A DNA stretch of 64,000 nt from IMG/VR virus record IMGVR_UViG_3300044858_003284; one strand, written 5' to 3'. Below are positions 1-9,991 of the stretch, piece after piece. The stretch is from a virus. The first letter of the stretch is position 1. The number at the start of each line of letters is the position of its first letter. The translations under genes and the position numbers were made by a program. Under the pieces are notes generated by a model that ran no database searches, had not been told where the DNA came from, and saw only the letters and a program-made list of their open reading frames with translations.

Positions 1-1448
1 ATTCTACAACTTTACAAGTTCAAGTTCCAACAAAATCAGCGGCTTCTTACAATCTCTATGTGGTCAATCCTGATGGTGGTGTTGGTATCAAAGTTTCTGG
101 TGTTACATATAGTTCTGAACCAGCTTGGGTCACAACAAGCCCATTAGCAAATCAAAATGCAAACACAGCCTTTGGTGTTAATCTAAGTGCTACCAGTGCA
201 TCATCTTATTCTGTGGCAGCAGGTTCTACATTACCTGCAGGCACAACACTAGCTGCTAACGGATATTTTTCTGGCACGGTAACGATTGGTGCTCAAACTA
301 CTTATACGTTTAGTGTTGTAGCTACTGACGCTGAATTGCAAGATTCAACAAAAACATTTCAAGTAACGGTAACGGTAACGCCATCAGGAAAAATATATGC
401 TTGGGGTTTTAACGCAACTTATGCTTTAGGACTTAATGATACAAATAGTCGATCTAGTCCAACGCAGGTTGGATCAGCAACAAACTGGACTGTAATCAGT
501 GCGGCTCGACATTTTTCTTTTGGAATTCAATCAGATGGTACGTTGTGGTCATGGGGGCAAGATAATAATTTTGGCCAATTAGCTCAAAATGATGGTGGAA
601 GTTATAAAAATGTCCCGACTAAAGTAGGCAATTCTACGAATTGGAATTTAGTAACGGGTGGATGGTATCACGCAGCAGCTATCAAAACTGATGGTACTTT
701 ATGGACTTGGGGAAGAAATCATCAAGAACAATTAGGACTTAATGATACAGTTCCTAGATCCAGTCCAACACAAGTGGGAACAGCAAACAATTGGAGTCAA
801 GTAGCTACAGGAAAAACACATACATTAGCTATCAAAACTGACGGAACTTTATGGGCATGGGGCCAAAATAATATAGGCCAATTGGGTGTTGGAAATTTAA
901 ATTCATATAATAGTCCAAAACAAGTAGGAACAGGAACGGACTGGAATTTAGTAAGTGCCAACCATAACTCAAGCACAGCCATTAAATCCAATGGCACTTT
1001 ATGGTCATGGGGTCAAAATTCTAATGGTGAATTGGGAATCAATAGCACATCTAATAACCCAAATAGCCCAACACAAGTAGGAACAGGAACCAATTGGAGT
1101 AAAATATACAGAGGACTATACCATATGATGGCTGTTAAAACTGATGGATCTTTATGGTTATGTGGTTATAATGGTTATGGAGAACTTGGACAAACTAACG
1201 TAATTGATCGATCTAGTCCAGTTCAAGTGGCAGGAACCACTTGGAATTTAGTAAGTGGTGGTAAATATACTAGTATAGCCACCAAAACAGACGGTACATT
1301 ATGGTCATGGGGTGCAAATGGTAACTTTGGAAAATTAGGACTTAATGATACACCTGTTCGATCCAGTCCAACACAAATAGGAACAGCAACCAATTGGAAC
1401 AAAATAAGTATGTATATTGATCATGTTTTAGTTAGCACCATTGAGTAA
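1..1448 (+). CDS. RCC1-repeat beta-propeller virion/fibre protein with N-terminal IPT/Ig-like domains (5' truncated by window edge)
   Basis: Frame is open from position 3 (STTLQVQVPTKSAASYNLYVVNPDGG). Ig-like TLPAGTTL..G.FSGT segment, then 7 repeats of AIKTDGTLWxWGxNxxGQLGxN..RSSPTQVG. Confidence 0.8.
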   Translation, partial: STTLQVQVPTKSAASYNLYVVNPDGGVGIKVSGVTYSSEPAWVTTSPLANQNANTAFGVNLSATSASSYSVAAGSTLPAGTTLAANGYFSGTVTIGAQTTYTFSVVATDAELQDSTKTFQVTVTVTPSGKIYAWGFNATYALGLNDTNSRSSPTQVGSATNWTVISAARHFSFGIQSDGTLWSWGQDNNFGQLAQNDGGSYKNVPTKVGNSTNWNLVTGGWYHAAAIKTDGTLWTWGRNHQEQLGLNDTVPRSSPTQVGTANNWSQVATGKTHTLAIKTDGTLWAWGQNNIGQLGVGNLNSYNSPKQVGTGTDWNLVSANHNSSTAIKSNGTLWSWGQNSNGELGINSTSNNPNSPTQVGTGTNWSKIYRGLYHMMAVKTDGSLWLCGYNGYGELGQTNVIDRSSPVQVAGTTWNLVSGGKYTSIATKTDGTLWSWGANGNFGKLGLNDTPVRSSPTQIGTATNWNKISMYIDHVLVSTIE

Positions 1449-1464
1449 TTAGACTCATTTTGTC

Positions 1465-2076
1465 ATGACATACTCTCAGCTTCCTTTTAATGGACAAACC
1501 AAGATTATCAATGGCGTTAGCTATGTGTATACGTCTGCGAATAATTCTTGGACTGTAGGCACAAGCGTACCAAGTTCAACAGAGATTGTCTATGCTGATA
1601 CTGTATATGTTACTAGCACAAACGGTATTAATTTTTTTGATGGTACAAAACAAACTACAGCCGTAGCATTAGATTCTTGGGTTCGTAGCCATGCCAATGC
1701 GGCTTACAATACAGCCAATGCTTCATTCGCAAAAGCAAATACTGGTGTAACACTCGCACAAGCTGCCTATGATTTTGCCAACAATTTAAGTGGTGGTACC
1801 GCACAAGACGGATTTGCCAGAAACATTGCAAACACAGCTGCAGCAAACACCATATATACTCAAGGTGTTGATATCACTCAAAATACCAACATCACAAATT
1901 TAAATTCTCAAATAACTATACTCAATGGTATCAATTTAACACAGAATAATGATATTAATACTGCAACCACATTAGCACAATCTGCATACAATATAGGTGT
2001 TGCAGCAAATACAGCAGCAGGCTCAGCCGCTTCAACAGGCAAAGCAATTGCTCTTTCAATAATTTTTGGAGGTTAA
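1465..2076 (+). CDS. Putative virion fibre/structural protein with Ala/Asn-rich coiled repeats
   Basis: AQAAYDFAN and GVDITQNTNIT motifs are shared with ORF 8813-9991; C-terminal TGKAIALSIIFG; located in fibre region. Confidence 0.55.
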   Translation: MTYSQLPFNGQTKIINGVSYVYTSANNSWTVGTSVPSSTEIVYADTVYVTSTNGINFFDGTKQTTAVALDSWVRSHANAAYNTANASFAKANTGVTLAQAAYDFANNLSGGTAQDGFARNIANTAAANTIYTQGVDITQNTNITNLNSQITILNGINLTQNNDINTATTLAQSAYNIGVAANTAAGSAASTGKAIALSIIFGG

Positions 2077-2081
2077 TTTAA

Positions 2082-2456
2082 ATGGCAGCACCAAATATAT
2101 TATCAGTTACTTCAATTACAGGAAAATCGGTGAGTTCACGGCCTGCAAATACTGCCACATACAGTATATTATCAAATGCTGCCGGCAGTAATCGTGTTTA
2201 TAAAATTAATTCAATCATTTGTTCAAATCAAAACGGCGCATCTACAATTACTGCAAACGTATTTTATAACACGGCAGCCAATGGTGCTGGTGCAAATAAT
2301 GCGTTGATTCTTTTAGCAAGTGTTCCTGCTCTTTCAACTTTAGTGGTATCAGACAAAACAACCTCGTTTTATTTGGAAGAAAATGCTTCAATTACTGTTT
2401 CTTCGGGAACAAGTAATGGTATCTCATTCTTAGTGAGTTATGAAGATATAGCATAA
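2082..2456 (+). CDS. Small beta-rich putative virion structural protein
   Basis: GGAGG RBS; 124 aa all-beta pattern (MAAPNI...VSYEDIA) typical of T4-like fibre-region genes. Confidence 0.55.
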   Translation: MAAPNILSVTSITGKSVSSRPANTATYSILSNAAGSNRVYKINSIICSNQNGASTITANVFYNTAANGAGANNALILLASVPALSTLVVSDKTTSFYLEENASITVSSGTSNGISFLVSYEDIA

Positions 2457-2458
2457 TT

Positions 2459-3448
2459 ATGGCTAATTTAGGTAAATTTAGAGGCCTAAGTGCTACTGCC
2501 AATACAACTTTTGCTTCTGGTGTATTCACACTTGCTCGACACTATCAACAAGTAAAACAAAATCTTTGGCCATTTCCTGTATTTGGTCCAATTGATTATT
2601 TAATTGTTGGTGGTGGAGGTCCAGGTGGCCCAACCAATAATGCTGGTGGTGATATTCTGGTACATTCTGGCGGCGGTGGTGGTGGTCAAGTTCGAGAGTT
2701 TCTTGCTCAATATTTACTTTCAAAAGGAGCTTTTCCTGTTGTCGTTGGCACAGGAGGAACCGCACCCGCACAAACAAATACTTCAGGTATAACACCAGGT
2801 GGTGATTCTAGTTTTAATGGAATAACTTCTACTGGCGGTGGGCAAGGAGCAAATCCACCAAGCACCGCAGCTGGAGGTTCAGGAGATTTTAACGTTGCTG
2901 CTGGTCTAAGAGGTGGTGGAGCTTTTTATTTTAGGTCTCAAAGTGGATTTCCTAAAGTGCTTGTTTTTAGAGGAGCCGGATCAGGAGGATCTTCAGCATA
3001 TGGATCAACAACAACGGGAGCAACAATTGGTGCTGGTGGAGGTGGAGGCTCTGCTTCTGCAACAGGTACTCATATTGGAGGAGATGGTGTTACCTCAGTT
3101 ATAACAGGATTAGGATACGGTGGTGGAGGAAACACAGCTCAACGAGTTAATTTGCCAGCAACAGGTTATTTCGGTACTGCACAGTTTGGAACAAAACTGA
3201 CATTTGGTGGAGGTGGTTGGACTAGTTCATCTGACGGTTCTTCATCGTTTGATCCTAGACCAAATTCTGGAGGAGGAGGACAAGGAAGAACCGCTGGTAC
3301 AAACTTTGCTGGGGTACCTGGAGCTGCAGGTATTGTTGTCATTCGTTATCCAACAGGAGCAATTAGTGCCACAGGTGGTACAATAACAACAAGTGGAGGC
3401 AATACGATTCACACATTTACAACTAATGGAACGTTTACTGTATTATGA
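2459..3448 (+). CDS. Glycine-rich domain virion protein
   Basis: IDYLIVGGGG ... GGGGG runs ... GIVVIRY and C-terminal IHTFTTNGTF, a phage Gly-rich domain signature. Confidence 0.7.
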   Translation: MANLGKFRGLSATANTTFASGVFTLARHYQQVKQNLWPFPVFGPIDYLIVGGGGPGGPTNNAGGDILVHSGGGGGGQVREFLAQYLLSKGAFPVVVGTGGTAPAQTNTSGITPGGDSSFNGITSTGGGQGANPPSTAAGGSGDFNVAAGLRGGGAFYFRSQSGFPKVLVFRGAGSGGSSAYGSTTTGATIGAGGGGGSASATGTHIGGDGVTSVITGLGYGGGGNTAQRVNLPATGYFGTAQFGTKLTFGGGGWTSSSDGSSSFDPRPNSGGGGQGRTAGTNFAGVPGAAGIVVIRYPTGAISATGGTITTSGGNTIHTFTTNGTFTVL

Positions 3449-5544
3449 TAGAAAATAATTTAGGTAAACTTATAGGCGTTACTCCCACAGTAAATTCAAC
3501 TACTGCTTCTGGTATTTTTACTTTAGATCAACAATATGACCAAGTTTCAAAAGACCTTTGGCCAGCTGCATTTAGAATTGATTATTTAATTGTTGGTGGA
3601 GGAGGATCAGGTGGTGGCCTCAGCGGAGGTGGTAATCCAGCTAACTTTAGCATTACCGATTCTTGGTTTCATTCTGCTGGCGGAGGTGGTGGTGGTGCAG
3701 TATTAGAATTTACCAATAAAGGTATTGCACCAGGAACTTATTCTGTGGAAGTTGGTCGAGGAGGTCAAACTTCAGTCGGTGGTACTTTTCGGGAAAGAGG
3801 ATTTCCCTCTAGATTTATGAATATAACTGCTGGCGGTGGAGGAGCAGGTGCAATAGTTCCTTTTGATTCTAGTAGTGATTCTGCTCGTTTTGGTCAAAAT
3901 GGCCAAGACAATTCTTCTTCAGGTGGCGGATCAGTATATCACACTTATGCTTCCGGATTTGGTCAAAATGGATATGCAATACAAAATGGTATAAGAGATG
4001 GAGTAGGATCTAACGGAGCCATGTCTGCAGTAACTTTTTCTGCTTCAACATATGGAGGTGGAGGTGGTGGAGCAGGTGGCGCAGGATCCACTTTTACCGG
4101 CGGCACTGGAAAAATTTCCACTATAACTGGTTTATATTACGGTGGAGGAGGTAATGCAGTCTTTACTGCAAATACTCCTACTGTGCGAGTATTAAACACT
4201 TACGGTACAAATAGTACCGGTGGCCAAGGATATTATAGTGGCGTTAACAACGGTACTTATGTTCCAGCAAGGAGCAATTCTGGTGGTGGCGGTGGTGCAC
4301 AATTTAAATGGAGAAATGAACAGTTTATATCTGACGATGGAGTTCCAAGACATGGTGCTAATGGTGTTGTAGTTATTCGATATGTCACAGGAGAATTAAG
4401 TGCTATTGGTGGAAATATGAGTACCAATGGAATTTATACACTACACACTTTTACCAGTAATGGTACAATAACAATCAGTAGTGTTACTTCAAATTTATAT
4501 TCATGGGGATTAAATTTATATGGTCAATTAGGACAAAATAACACGAGTTATCGATCAAGTCCAACACAAGTAGGAACAGAAACAGATTGGAATTTAATAA
4601 GTATTGGTTTTTCTAGTGTTGTAGCCACTAAAACAAACGGTACTTTATGGTCATGGGGACTTAACCAGTATGGACGATTAGGACTTGGTGATAGAGCTTA
4701 TCGATCCAGTCCAACACAAATAGGCACAGGAACCAATTGGAATAATATAAATCATGGAGATATTTCAGTTGTAGCAACAAAAACTGATGGTACTTTGTGG
4801 ACATGGGGATCAAATCAAGACGGTGTATTAGGACAAAATAACATGGTTTATCGATCCAGTCCGGTTCAAGTAGGAACAAACACCAATTGGAGTAAAATAT
4901 CCTCAGGTATAAATGCCATCTTAGCCACCAAAACTGATGGTACTTTATGGGCATGGGGAACTAATAGTCAAGGCGAATTAGGACTTAATGATAGAATTAA
5001 TCGATCCAGTCCAGTTCAAGTGTCATTTGATACAAATTGGAGTAAAATTTTTAACAAAAAAGGAATTTCACTAGCCATTAAAACTGACGGCACTTTATGG
5101 TCTTGGGGTTCAAATTTTTATGGCCAATTAGGACTTAATGATAGAATTAATCGATCCAGTCCAACACAAGTTGGAATAGCAACAAATTGGAGAGATATAT
5201 CTTTTGGTGCAGCTATAAAAACCGATGGCACCCTATGGTCATGGGGAAGAAATCAACTTGGCCAATTAGGACAAAACAATTTAATTTATAGATCCAGTCC
5301 AGTTCAAGTGGGAACAGCAAATAATTGGCTAACTGTTTCATCTGGAACAACATCAGATCGATCAGAAAATATGTCTGCCATTAAAACAGATGGTACTTTA
5401 TGGTCATGGGGACAAAATCTAGATGGTGTTTTAGGAACTAATAACACAACTTATAGATCCAGTCCTGTTCAAGTAGGAACTGATATCACTTGGTCAAATG
5501 TTTCAGTTGGTTATGGTACTATGTTGGCCACCAAAAAATCTTAA
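3445..5544 (+). CDS. Glycine-rich domain fused to RCC1-repeat propeller (virion/fibre protein)
   Basis: N-half is paralogous to 2459-3448; C-half has 7 RCC1-like repeats. Confidence 0.8.
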   Translation: MIENNLGKLIGVTPTVNSTTASGIFTLDQQYDQVSKDLWPAAFRIDYLIVGGGGSGGGLSGGGNPANFSITDSWFHSAGGGGGGAVLEFTNKGIAPGTYSVEVGRGGQTSVGGTFRERGFPSRFMNITAGGGGAGAIVPFDSSSDSARFGQNGQDNSSSGGGSVYHTYASGFGQNGYAIQNGIRDGVGSNGAMSAVTFSASTYGGGGGGAGGAGSTFTGGTGKISTITGLYYGGGGNAVFTANTPTVRVLNTYGTNSTGGQGYYSGVNNGTYVPARSNSGGGGGAQFKWRNEQFISDDGVPRHGANGVVVIRYVTGELSAIGGNMSTNGIYTLHTFTSNGTITISSVTSNLYSWGLNLYGQLGQNNTSYRSSPTQVGTETDWNLISIGFSSVVATKTNGTLWSWGLNQYGRLGLGDRAYRSSPTQIGTGTNWNNINHGDISVVATKTDGTLWTWGSNQDGVLGQNNMVYRSSPVQVGTNTNWSKISSGINAILATKTDGTLWAWGTNSQGELGLNDRINRSSPVQVSFDTNWSKIFNKKGISLAIKTDGTLWSWGSNFYGQLGLNDRINRSSPTQVGIATNWRDISFGAAIKTDGTLWSWGRNQLGQLGQNNLIYRSSPVQVGTANNWLTVSSGTTSDRSENMSAIKTDGTLWSWGQNLDGVLGTNNTTYRSSPVQVGTDITWSNVSVGYGTMLATKKS

Positions 5545-5566
5545 AAAAACTAACTAAATGTCACGG

Positions 5567-5574
5567 TATAAATA
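5567..5574 (+). promoter_or_regulatory. T4-type late promoter (gp55-dependent)
   Basis: TATAAATA in intergenic gap about 20 nt before gp13; AGGAG RBS follows. Confidence 0.75.
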
Positions 5575-5594
5575 CCTTGATATAGGAGATTAAT

Positions 5595-6368
5595 ATGCCG
5601 GCCGTAACAAATAGACAAACACTAAAAGAATATTGTTTGAGAAGATTAGGTTTTCCTGTTATTGAAATTAACGTGGATGATGACCAGATAGAGGACCGTA
5701 TTGATGATGCTCTACAATACTGGCAAGATTATCATTTTGATGGCTTACAAAAAGTATATTATATTAAAGCCATAACACAAACCGATATCAATAACAAATA
5801 TCTAGATTTAACAAACGTAAGAGATGATGCTAATAATGCTCTAGACATTGTTGGTATAACTCGTATATTTCCAATTACTGATTCTCAAGCCACAATCAAT
5901 ATGTTTGATTTGCGGTATCAATTACGTTTAAATGAGTTGTATGATTTCACTTCTGCATCATATATCAATTATACACTAACACATCAACATCTACGTTCTT
6001 TAGAAATTATGTTTTCTGGAGAAGTACCAATTCGTTTTCAAAGACACATGCGAAAACTTTTTATTGATTGGGCATGGGGTCGTTCAGCCGCTCCAGTAGG
6101 ATCAATTGTTGTTGCCGAGTGTTGGGCTAATATTAATCCTGATGTTTATAATCGTGTATGGAATGACCGTTGGGTTAAAGAATATGCCACAGCACTTATC
6201 AAAAGAACATGGGGAAATAATCTAAAGAAATTTTCTGGTGTTCAATTACCTGGTGGTGTAACACTAAATGGTAAAGAAATATTTGATGAAGCAGTTTTAG
6301 AAATAAAAGATTTAGAAACTGAAATGCAAAACAATTATTCTCTACCTATAGATTGGTACATGAACTAA
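5595..6368 (+). CDS. gp13: Neck protein gp13
   Basis: LKEYCLRRLGFPVIEINV...QIEDRIDDALQ and KFSGVQLPGGVTLNG motifs; synteny gp13-14-15. Confidence 0.93.
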   Translation: MPAVTNRQTLKEYCLRRLGFPVIEINVDDDQIEDRIDDALQYWQDYHFDGLQKVYYIKAITQTDINNKYLDLTNVRDDANNALDIVGITRIFPITDSQATINMFDLRYQLRLNELYDFTSASYINYTLTHQHLRSLEIMFSGEVPIRFQRHMRKLFIDWAWGRSAAPVGSIVVAECWANINPDVYNRVWNDRWVKEYATALIKRTWGNNLKKFSGVQLPGGVTLNGKEIFDEAVLEIKDLETEMQNNYSLPIDWYMN

Positions 6369-7252
6369 TGCCAACATCTGTATATTTTAACAATTACAAT
6401 TCTAAACAAGAACAAAATGTAATTGAAGATTTAATTGTAGAGTCCATAAAAATTATGGGCTTTGATGCTTATTATCTACCAAATGATAATGATGCGGCTC
6501 GTGATTTACTTTATGGTGAAGATCCAGTTAAAAAATTCAGTTCTGCTTTTCCATTAGAGATGTATCTTTCTTCTGACCCAACTGATTACATTGGTCAAAA
6601 AGATATATTCTCAAAATTTGGTTTAGAAATTAAAGACGATGTAAATGTATTAGTATCTCGTAGATCATTCTCACAACGAGTTCCACAAAATACATTCACA
6701 CGACCACGAGAAGGTGATTTAGTTTACGTGCCGTTTTTAAATGGTACTGGTGAATTGTTTGAAATTAAATTTGCAGAACAAGCAAAAGACTTTCATACAC
6801 TAGGAAGAAAACAACCATATTTTTATGAATTGTATCTAGAGAAATTTAAATACTCACAAGAAATTATTGATACAGGTGTTGCTGACATTGATTTGGTGGT
6901 TACAAACAATGCTTATACACAGTCATTAAATACTGGTGCTGGTACAGGAAAATATACAATAAAAGAAACAGTATATCAGTCTACTAGTGGTACACAAAAT
7001 ACAGCGACTGCAGTGGCAGTTGTTCAGAGTTGGATACCATCATCTAATACATTAACAGTAACTAATATTGCAGGTGAATTTACACCTGGCCGTCAAATTA
7101 TTGGTGCTTCAAGTAATGCTCGGTACACACTTGCAACATTTAATCCTTTAGAAGATCATTCTTATAGTGAAGAATATGATAATAATTTAATTGCAACAAA
7201 TGCAAATTCTATTATTGATTTTTCAGAAACAAATCCTTTTGGTAACATATAA
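6368..7252 (+). CDS. gp14: Neck protein gp14 (start re-called at ATG overlapping the gp13 stop)
   Basis: EQNVIEDLIVESIKIMG, SKFGLEIKD, RPREGDLVY, IIDFSETNPFG; TAATG overlap. Confidence 0.92.
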   Translation: MPTSVYFNNYNSKQEQNVIEDLIVESIKIMGFDAYYLPNDNDAARDLLYGEDPVKKFSSAFPLEMYLSSDPTDYIGQKDIFSKFGLEIKDDVNVLVSRRSFSQRVPQNTFTRPREGDLVYVPFLNGTGELFEIKFAEQAKDFHTLGRKQPYFYELYLEKFKYSQEIIDTGVADIDLVVTNNAYTQSLNTGAGTGKYTIKETVYQSTSGTQNTATAVAVVQSWIPSSNTLTVTNIAGEFTPGRQIIGASSNARYTLATFNPLEDHSYSEEYDNNLIATNANSIIDFSETNPFGNI

Positions 7253-8334
7253 TGGCCGCTATTTCATATAATAGAGTAATTCGTAAATTGGTTGTAGGTT
7301 TTGGTAATCTCTTTAAAGATATTACTTTAGTTCGTTACAATCCAAATTTGACCGAAGCACAACGTTTTCTTGTGCCAATTACCTATGCAACAAAAGAATT
7401 TTATGTGCGAAGATTGGAAGGTGATCCTAATTTAGATAAAAAGGTTCAGATTACATTACCAAGAATGTCTTTTGAAATGTCTGGTTTAAATTATGATGTT
7501 ACCAGAAAATTAAATACGAATGTTAAATCATTTGCAAGAACAACCACAGGAACAATATCACAATATAATCCTGTGCCTTATGATTTTGATTTTAATCTTT
7601 ACATCTATGTTCGTAATATAGAAGATGGTACACAAATTATAGAACATATATTACCGTTCTTTGCACCAGATTATACAATTAAATTAAATTTAATACCTGA
7701 AATGGGTATTATTAAAGAAGTACCAGTTATATTGAATTCAACAACTAATGAAATTCAGTATGAAGGTAATAAAGAAAATGAAACACGTTTAATTATTTGG
7801 ACTTTAAATTTTACTGTTAAAGGTTTTGTTTTTGGTAAAACATCTACAACCAATTTAATTACACATTCAATTACAAATATATTGAATAATGTAACATCAA
7901 ATGATTTAGTTTTGTTTGAGATGAATAATAATGGACTTGGAACATATCAAGTGGGTGAGATTGTTTATCAAGGTTATTCGGCACAGATGGCCACAGCAAC
8001 AGCTAAAGTTACTTATTGGAGTGATAATACATTACACTTGACAGAAATTAATGGAAACTTTATTTCAAACGAACCTATCATTGGCCAAACATCTGGTTCA
8101 AACTATCTCTTTACTGCATATCAAATACAACCAAAAACATTAGCAAGAATAAATGTTACACCAATGCCAACCGATGCCAATGTTACAACACCACGTATAG
8201 CAATTTCACAAATCTCTGAAACACCAGATATTGATTTTGGTTTGTTACCAACTGACTTTGCTGGTGATCTTATGGAACAAGTTGGTCGTGATGACCTACA
8301 TATAATACAAGAAAAACGAACAGATTTACAATAA
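7252..8334 (+). CDS. gp15: Tail sheath stabilizer/terminator gp15 with C-terminal extension
   Basis: IRKLVVGFGNLF, LPRMSFE, PVPY, QIIEHILPFF motifs. Confidence 0.92.
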   Translation: MAAISYNRVIRKLVVGFGNLFKDITLVRYNPNLTEAQRFLVPITYATKEFYVRRLEGDPNLDKKVQITLPRMSFEMSGLNYDVTRKLNTNVKSFARTTTGTISQYNPVPYDFDFNLYIYVRNIEDGTQIIEHILPFFAPDYTIKLNLIPEMGIIKEVPVILNSTTNEIQYEGNKENETRLIIWTLNFTVKGFVFGKTSTTNLITHSITNILNNVTSNDLVLFEMNNNGLGTYQVGEIVYQGYSAQMATATAKVTYWSDNTLHLTEINGNFISNEPIIGQTSGSNYLFTAYQIQPKTLARINVTPMPTDANVTTPRIAISQISETPDIDFGLLPTDFAGDLMEQVGRDDLHIIQEKRTDLQ

Positions 8335-8345
8335 AGGTAATTAAA

Positions 8346-8810
8346 ATGTCTAGAACACTACAATTCAAACGTTATAGTGCATCAGCTTTGGCAGGAGTAA
8401 CCGGTGCCAATGGTGAAATAATTATTGACACCACCAATCAAACATTAACAATTCATGACGGTGTAACTCCAGGTGGTCGTTCGCTTGCAACAGCAAACAC
8501 AAGATTATCAACTACTGGTGGAACAGTAACAGGCAATTTAGTTGTAACAAATACAATCACAGCATCAAATTTAATTTCAAGTAATACGATCACTTCAAAT
8601 AATTTAACAATTACTGGTAATCTTGTTGTTGATGGTGTTATATTACAATGGCACACACCAATACCTTTAACATCTAAAGGTGATCCTGGTGATAAAGCAG
8701 GTTATATTGCCATTGATAATGACAAACTTTATCGTTGTGTAGAAGATTATACAAATGGTGCAAACAACATTTGGCGATATATAAACTTTACTGGCGGCAC
8801 TTGGGGTTAA
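8346..8810 (+). CDS. Fibre-associated protein with Mtd/hyaluronidase-like N-terminal domain
   Basis: LQFKR...GEIIIDT...IHDGVTPGG N-terminus; C-terminal SKGDPGD..G.IA.D...LY.C....W module. Confidence 0.6.
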   Translation: MSRTLQFKRYSASALAGVTGANGEIIIDTTNQTLTIHDGVTPGGRSLATANTRLSTTGGTVTGNLVVTNTITASNLISSNTITSNNLTITGNLVVDGVILQWHTPIPLTSKGDPGDKAGYIAIDNDKLYRCVEDYTNGANNIWRYINFTGGTWG

Positions 8811-8812
8811 TA

Positions 8813-9991
8813 ATGGCAAAACAAACAATTAATGTAGGTACTGTAGCGAATGATGGTACCGGTGATACAATAAGAGCATCATTTGTTAAAACAAATGAAA
8901 ATTTTACAGAGTTATACACTTCTGTTTCTTCACTTCAAGCTAGTGATGCAGACCTATCAGCCATAGCAGCACTAAGTGGCACTAGTGGTTTTTTGAAAAA
9001 AACATCAGCCAATAACTGGTCATTAGATACCAACACATATCTCACATCAATCACTTCTGGCCAAGTAACATCTGCATTAGGATACACTCCGTATGATGCA
9101 TCAAATCCAAACAATTATACAAACAATACTGGTACAGTTACCAATGTAGAAGGTTCTGGTTCAGTTAGTGGATTAACATTAACAGGAACAATTACAACAT
9201 CTGGTAGTTTGGTGTTGGGTGGTTCATTAACTTTAACAAGTGCAAATGTTGTAACCGCTCTTGGTTTTACTCCATATGATTCTTCTAATCCAAATGGATA
9301 TATTACTTCAGCTAATTTATCTGGCAACACCGTGTATATTGCAGGTGTTGATCTTACACAAAACACTAACATTACAGCAGCTGATACCAAAGCACAAGGT
9401 GCATTTGATAAAGCAAATTCTGCCAATGTTCTAGCACAAGCTGCCTTTGATAAAGCAAATACAGGTATTGGAATTAGTATAGATGAATATGCTAGAACAA
9501 CTGCAAATGCAGCAACAAGTAATACAGTAATTATTCAAGGAGTAGATGTTAGCCAAAATACTCGTTTGACAATTATTGAAGGTGTAAATGTTGGTCAAAA
9601 TACACAACTAACGTATTTACAATCTGCATTAAATACCGCAAATGCAAATATTGATGCAGCAGCTCAAACTGTTCCACAAAATGCCAGAACATCAGACTAT
9701 GTGTTACAATTAACTGATGCAGGTAAACACATTTATTATACACAGGCAACAAATTCAACATTATATATTCCAAATGCAGGTCAAAGAGTGTTTCCAAATG
9801 GTGCAACCATTATGGTTATTTCTCAAACAACATCAAGCGCAAACGTAACCGTATCTCCAAATACTGGGGTATCATTGTATCTTGCTGGTAATACAACAAG
9901 TGCTTCACGAATTATCACCACATATGGCATGGCAACACTAATTCAAGTTGCAGCAAATACTTGGTTTATTAATGGTACAGGAGTAGTATAA
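8813..9991 (+). CDS. Tail fibre-like protein with gp9/gp10-like N-terminal domain
   Basis: MAKQTINVGTVANDGTGDTIRASFVKTNENFTELY resembles the T4 gp9/gp10 N-terminus; ALGYTPYD..NP repeats; start re-called at 8813. Confidence 0.7.
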   Translation: MAKQTINVGTVANDGTGDTIRASFVKTNENFTELYTSVSSLQASDADLSAIAALSGTSGFLKKTSANNWSLDTNTYLTSITSGQVTSALGYTPYDASNPNNYTNNTGTVTNVEGSGSVSGLTLTGTITTSGSLVLGGSLTLTSANVVTALGFTPYDSSNPNGYITSANLSGNTVYIAGVDLTQNTNITAADTKAQGAFDKANSANVLAQAAFDKANTGIGISIDEYARTTANAATSNTVIIQGVDVSQNTRLTIIEGVNVGQNTQLTYLQSALNTANANIDAAAQTVPQNARTSDYVLQLTDAGKHIYYTQATNSTLYIPNAGQRVFPNGATIMVISQTTSSANVTVSPNTGVSLYLAGNTTSASRIITTYGMATLIQVAANTWFINGTGVV

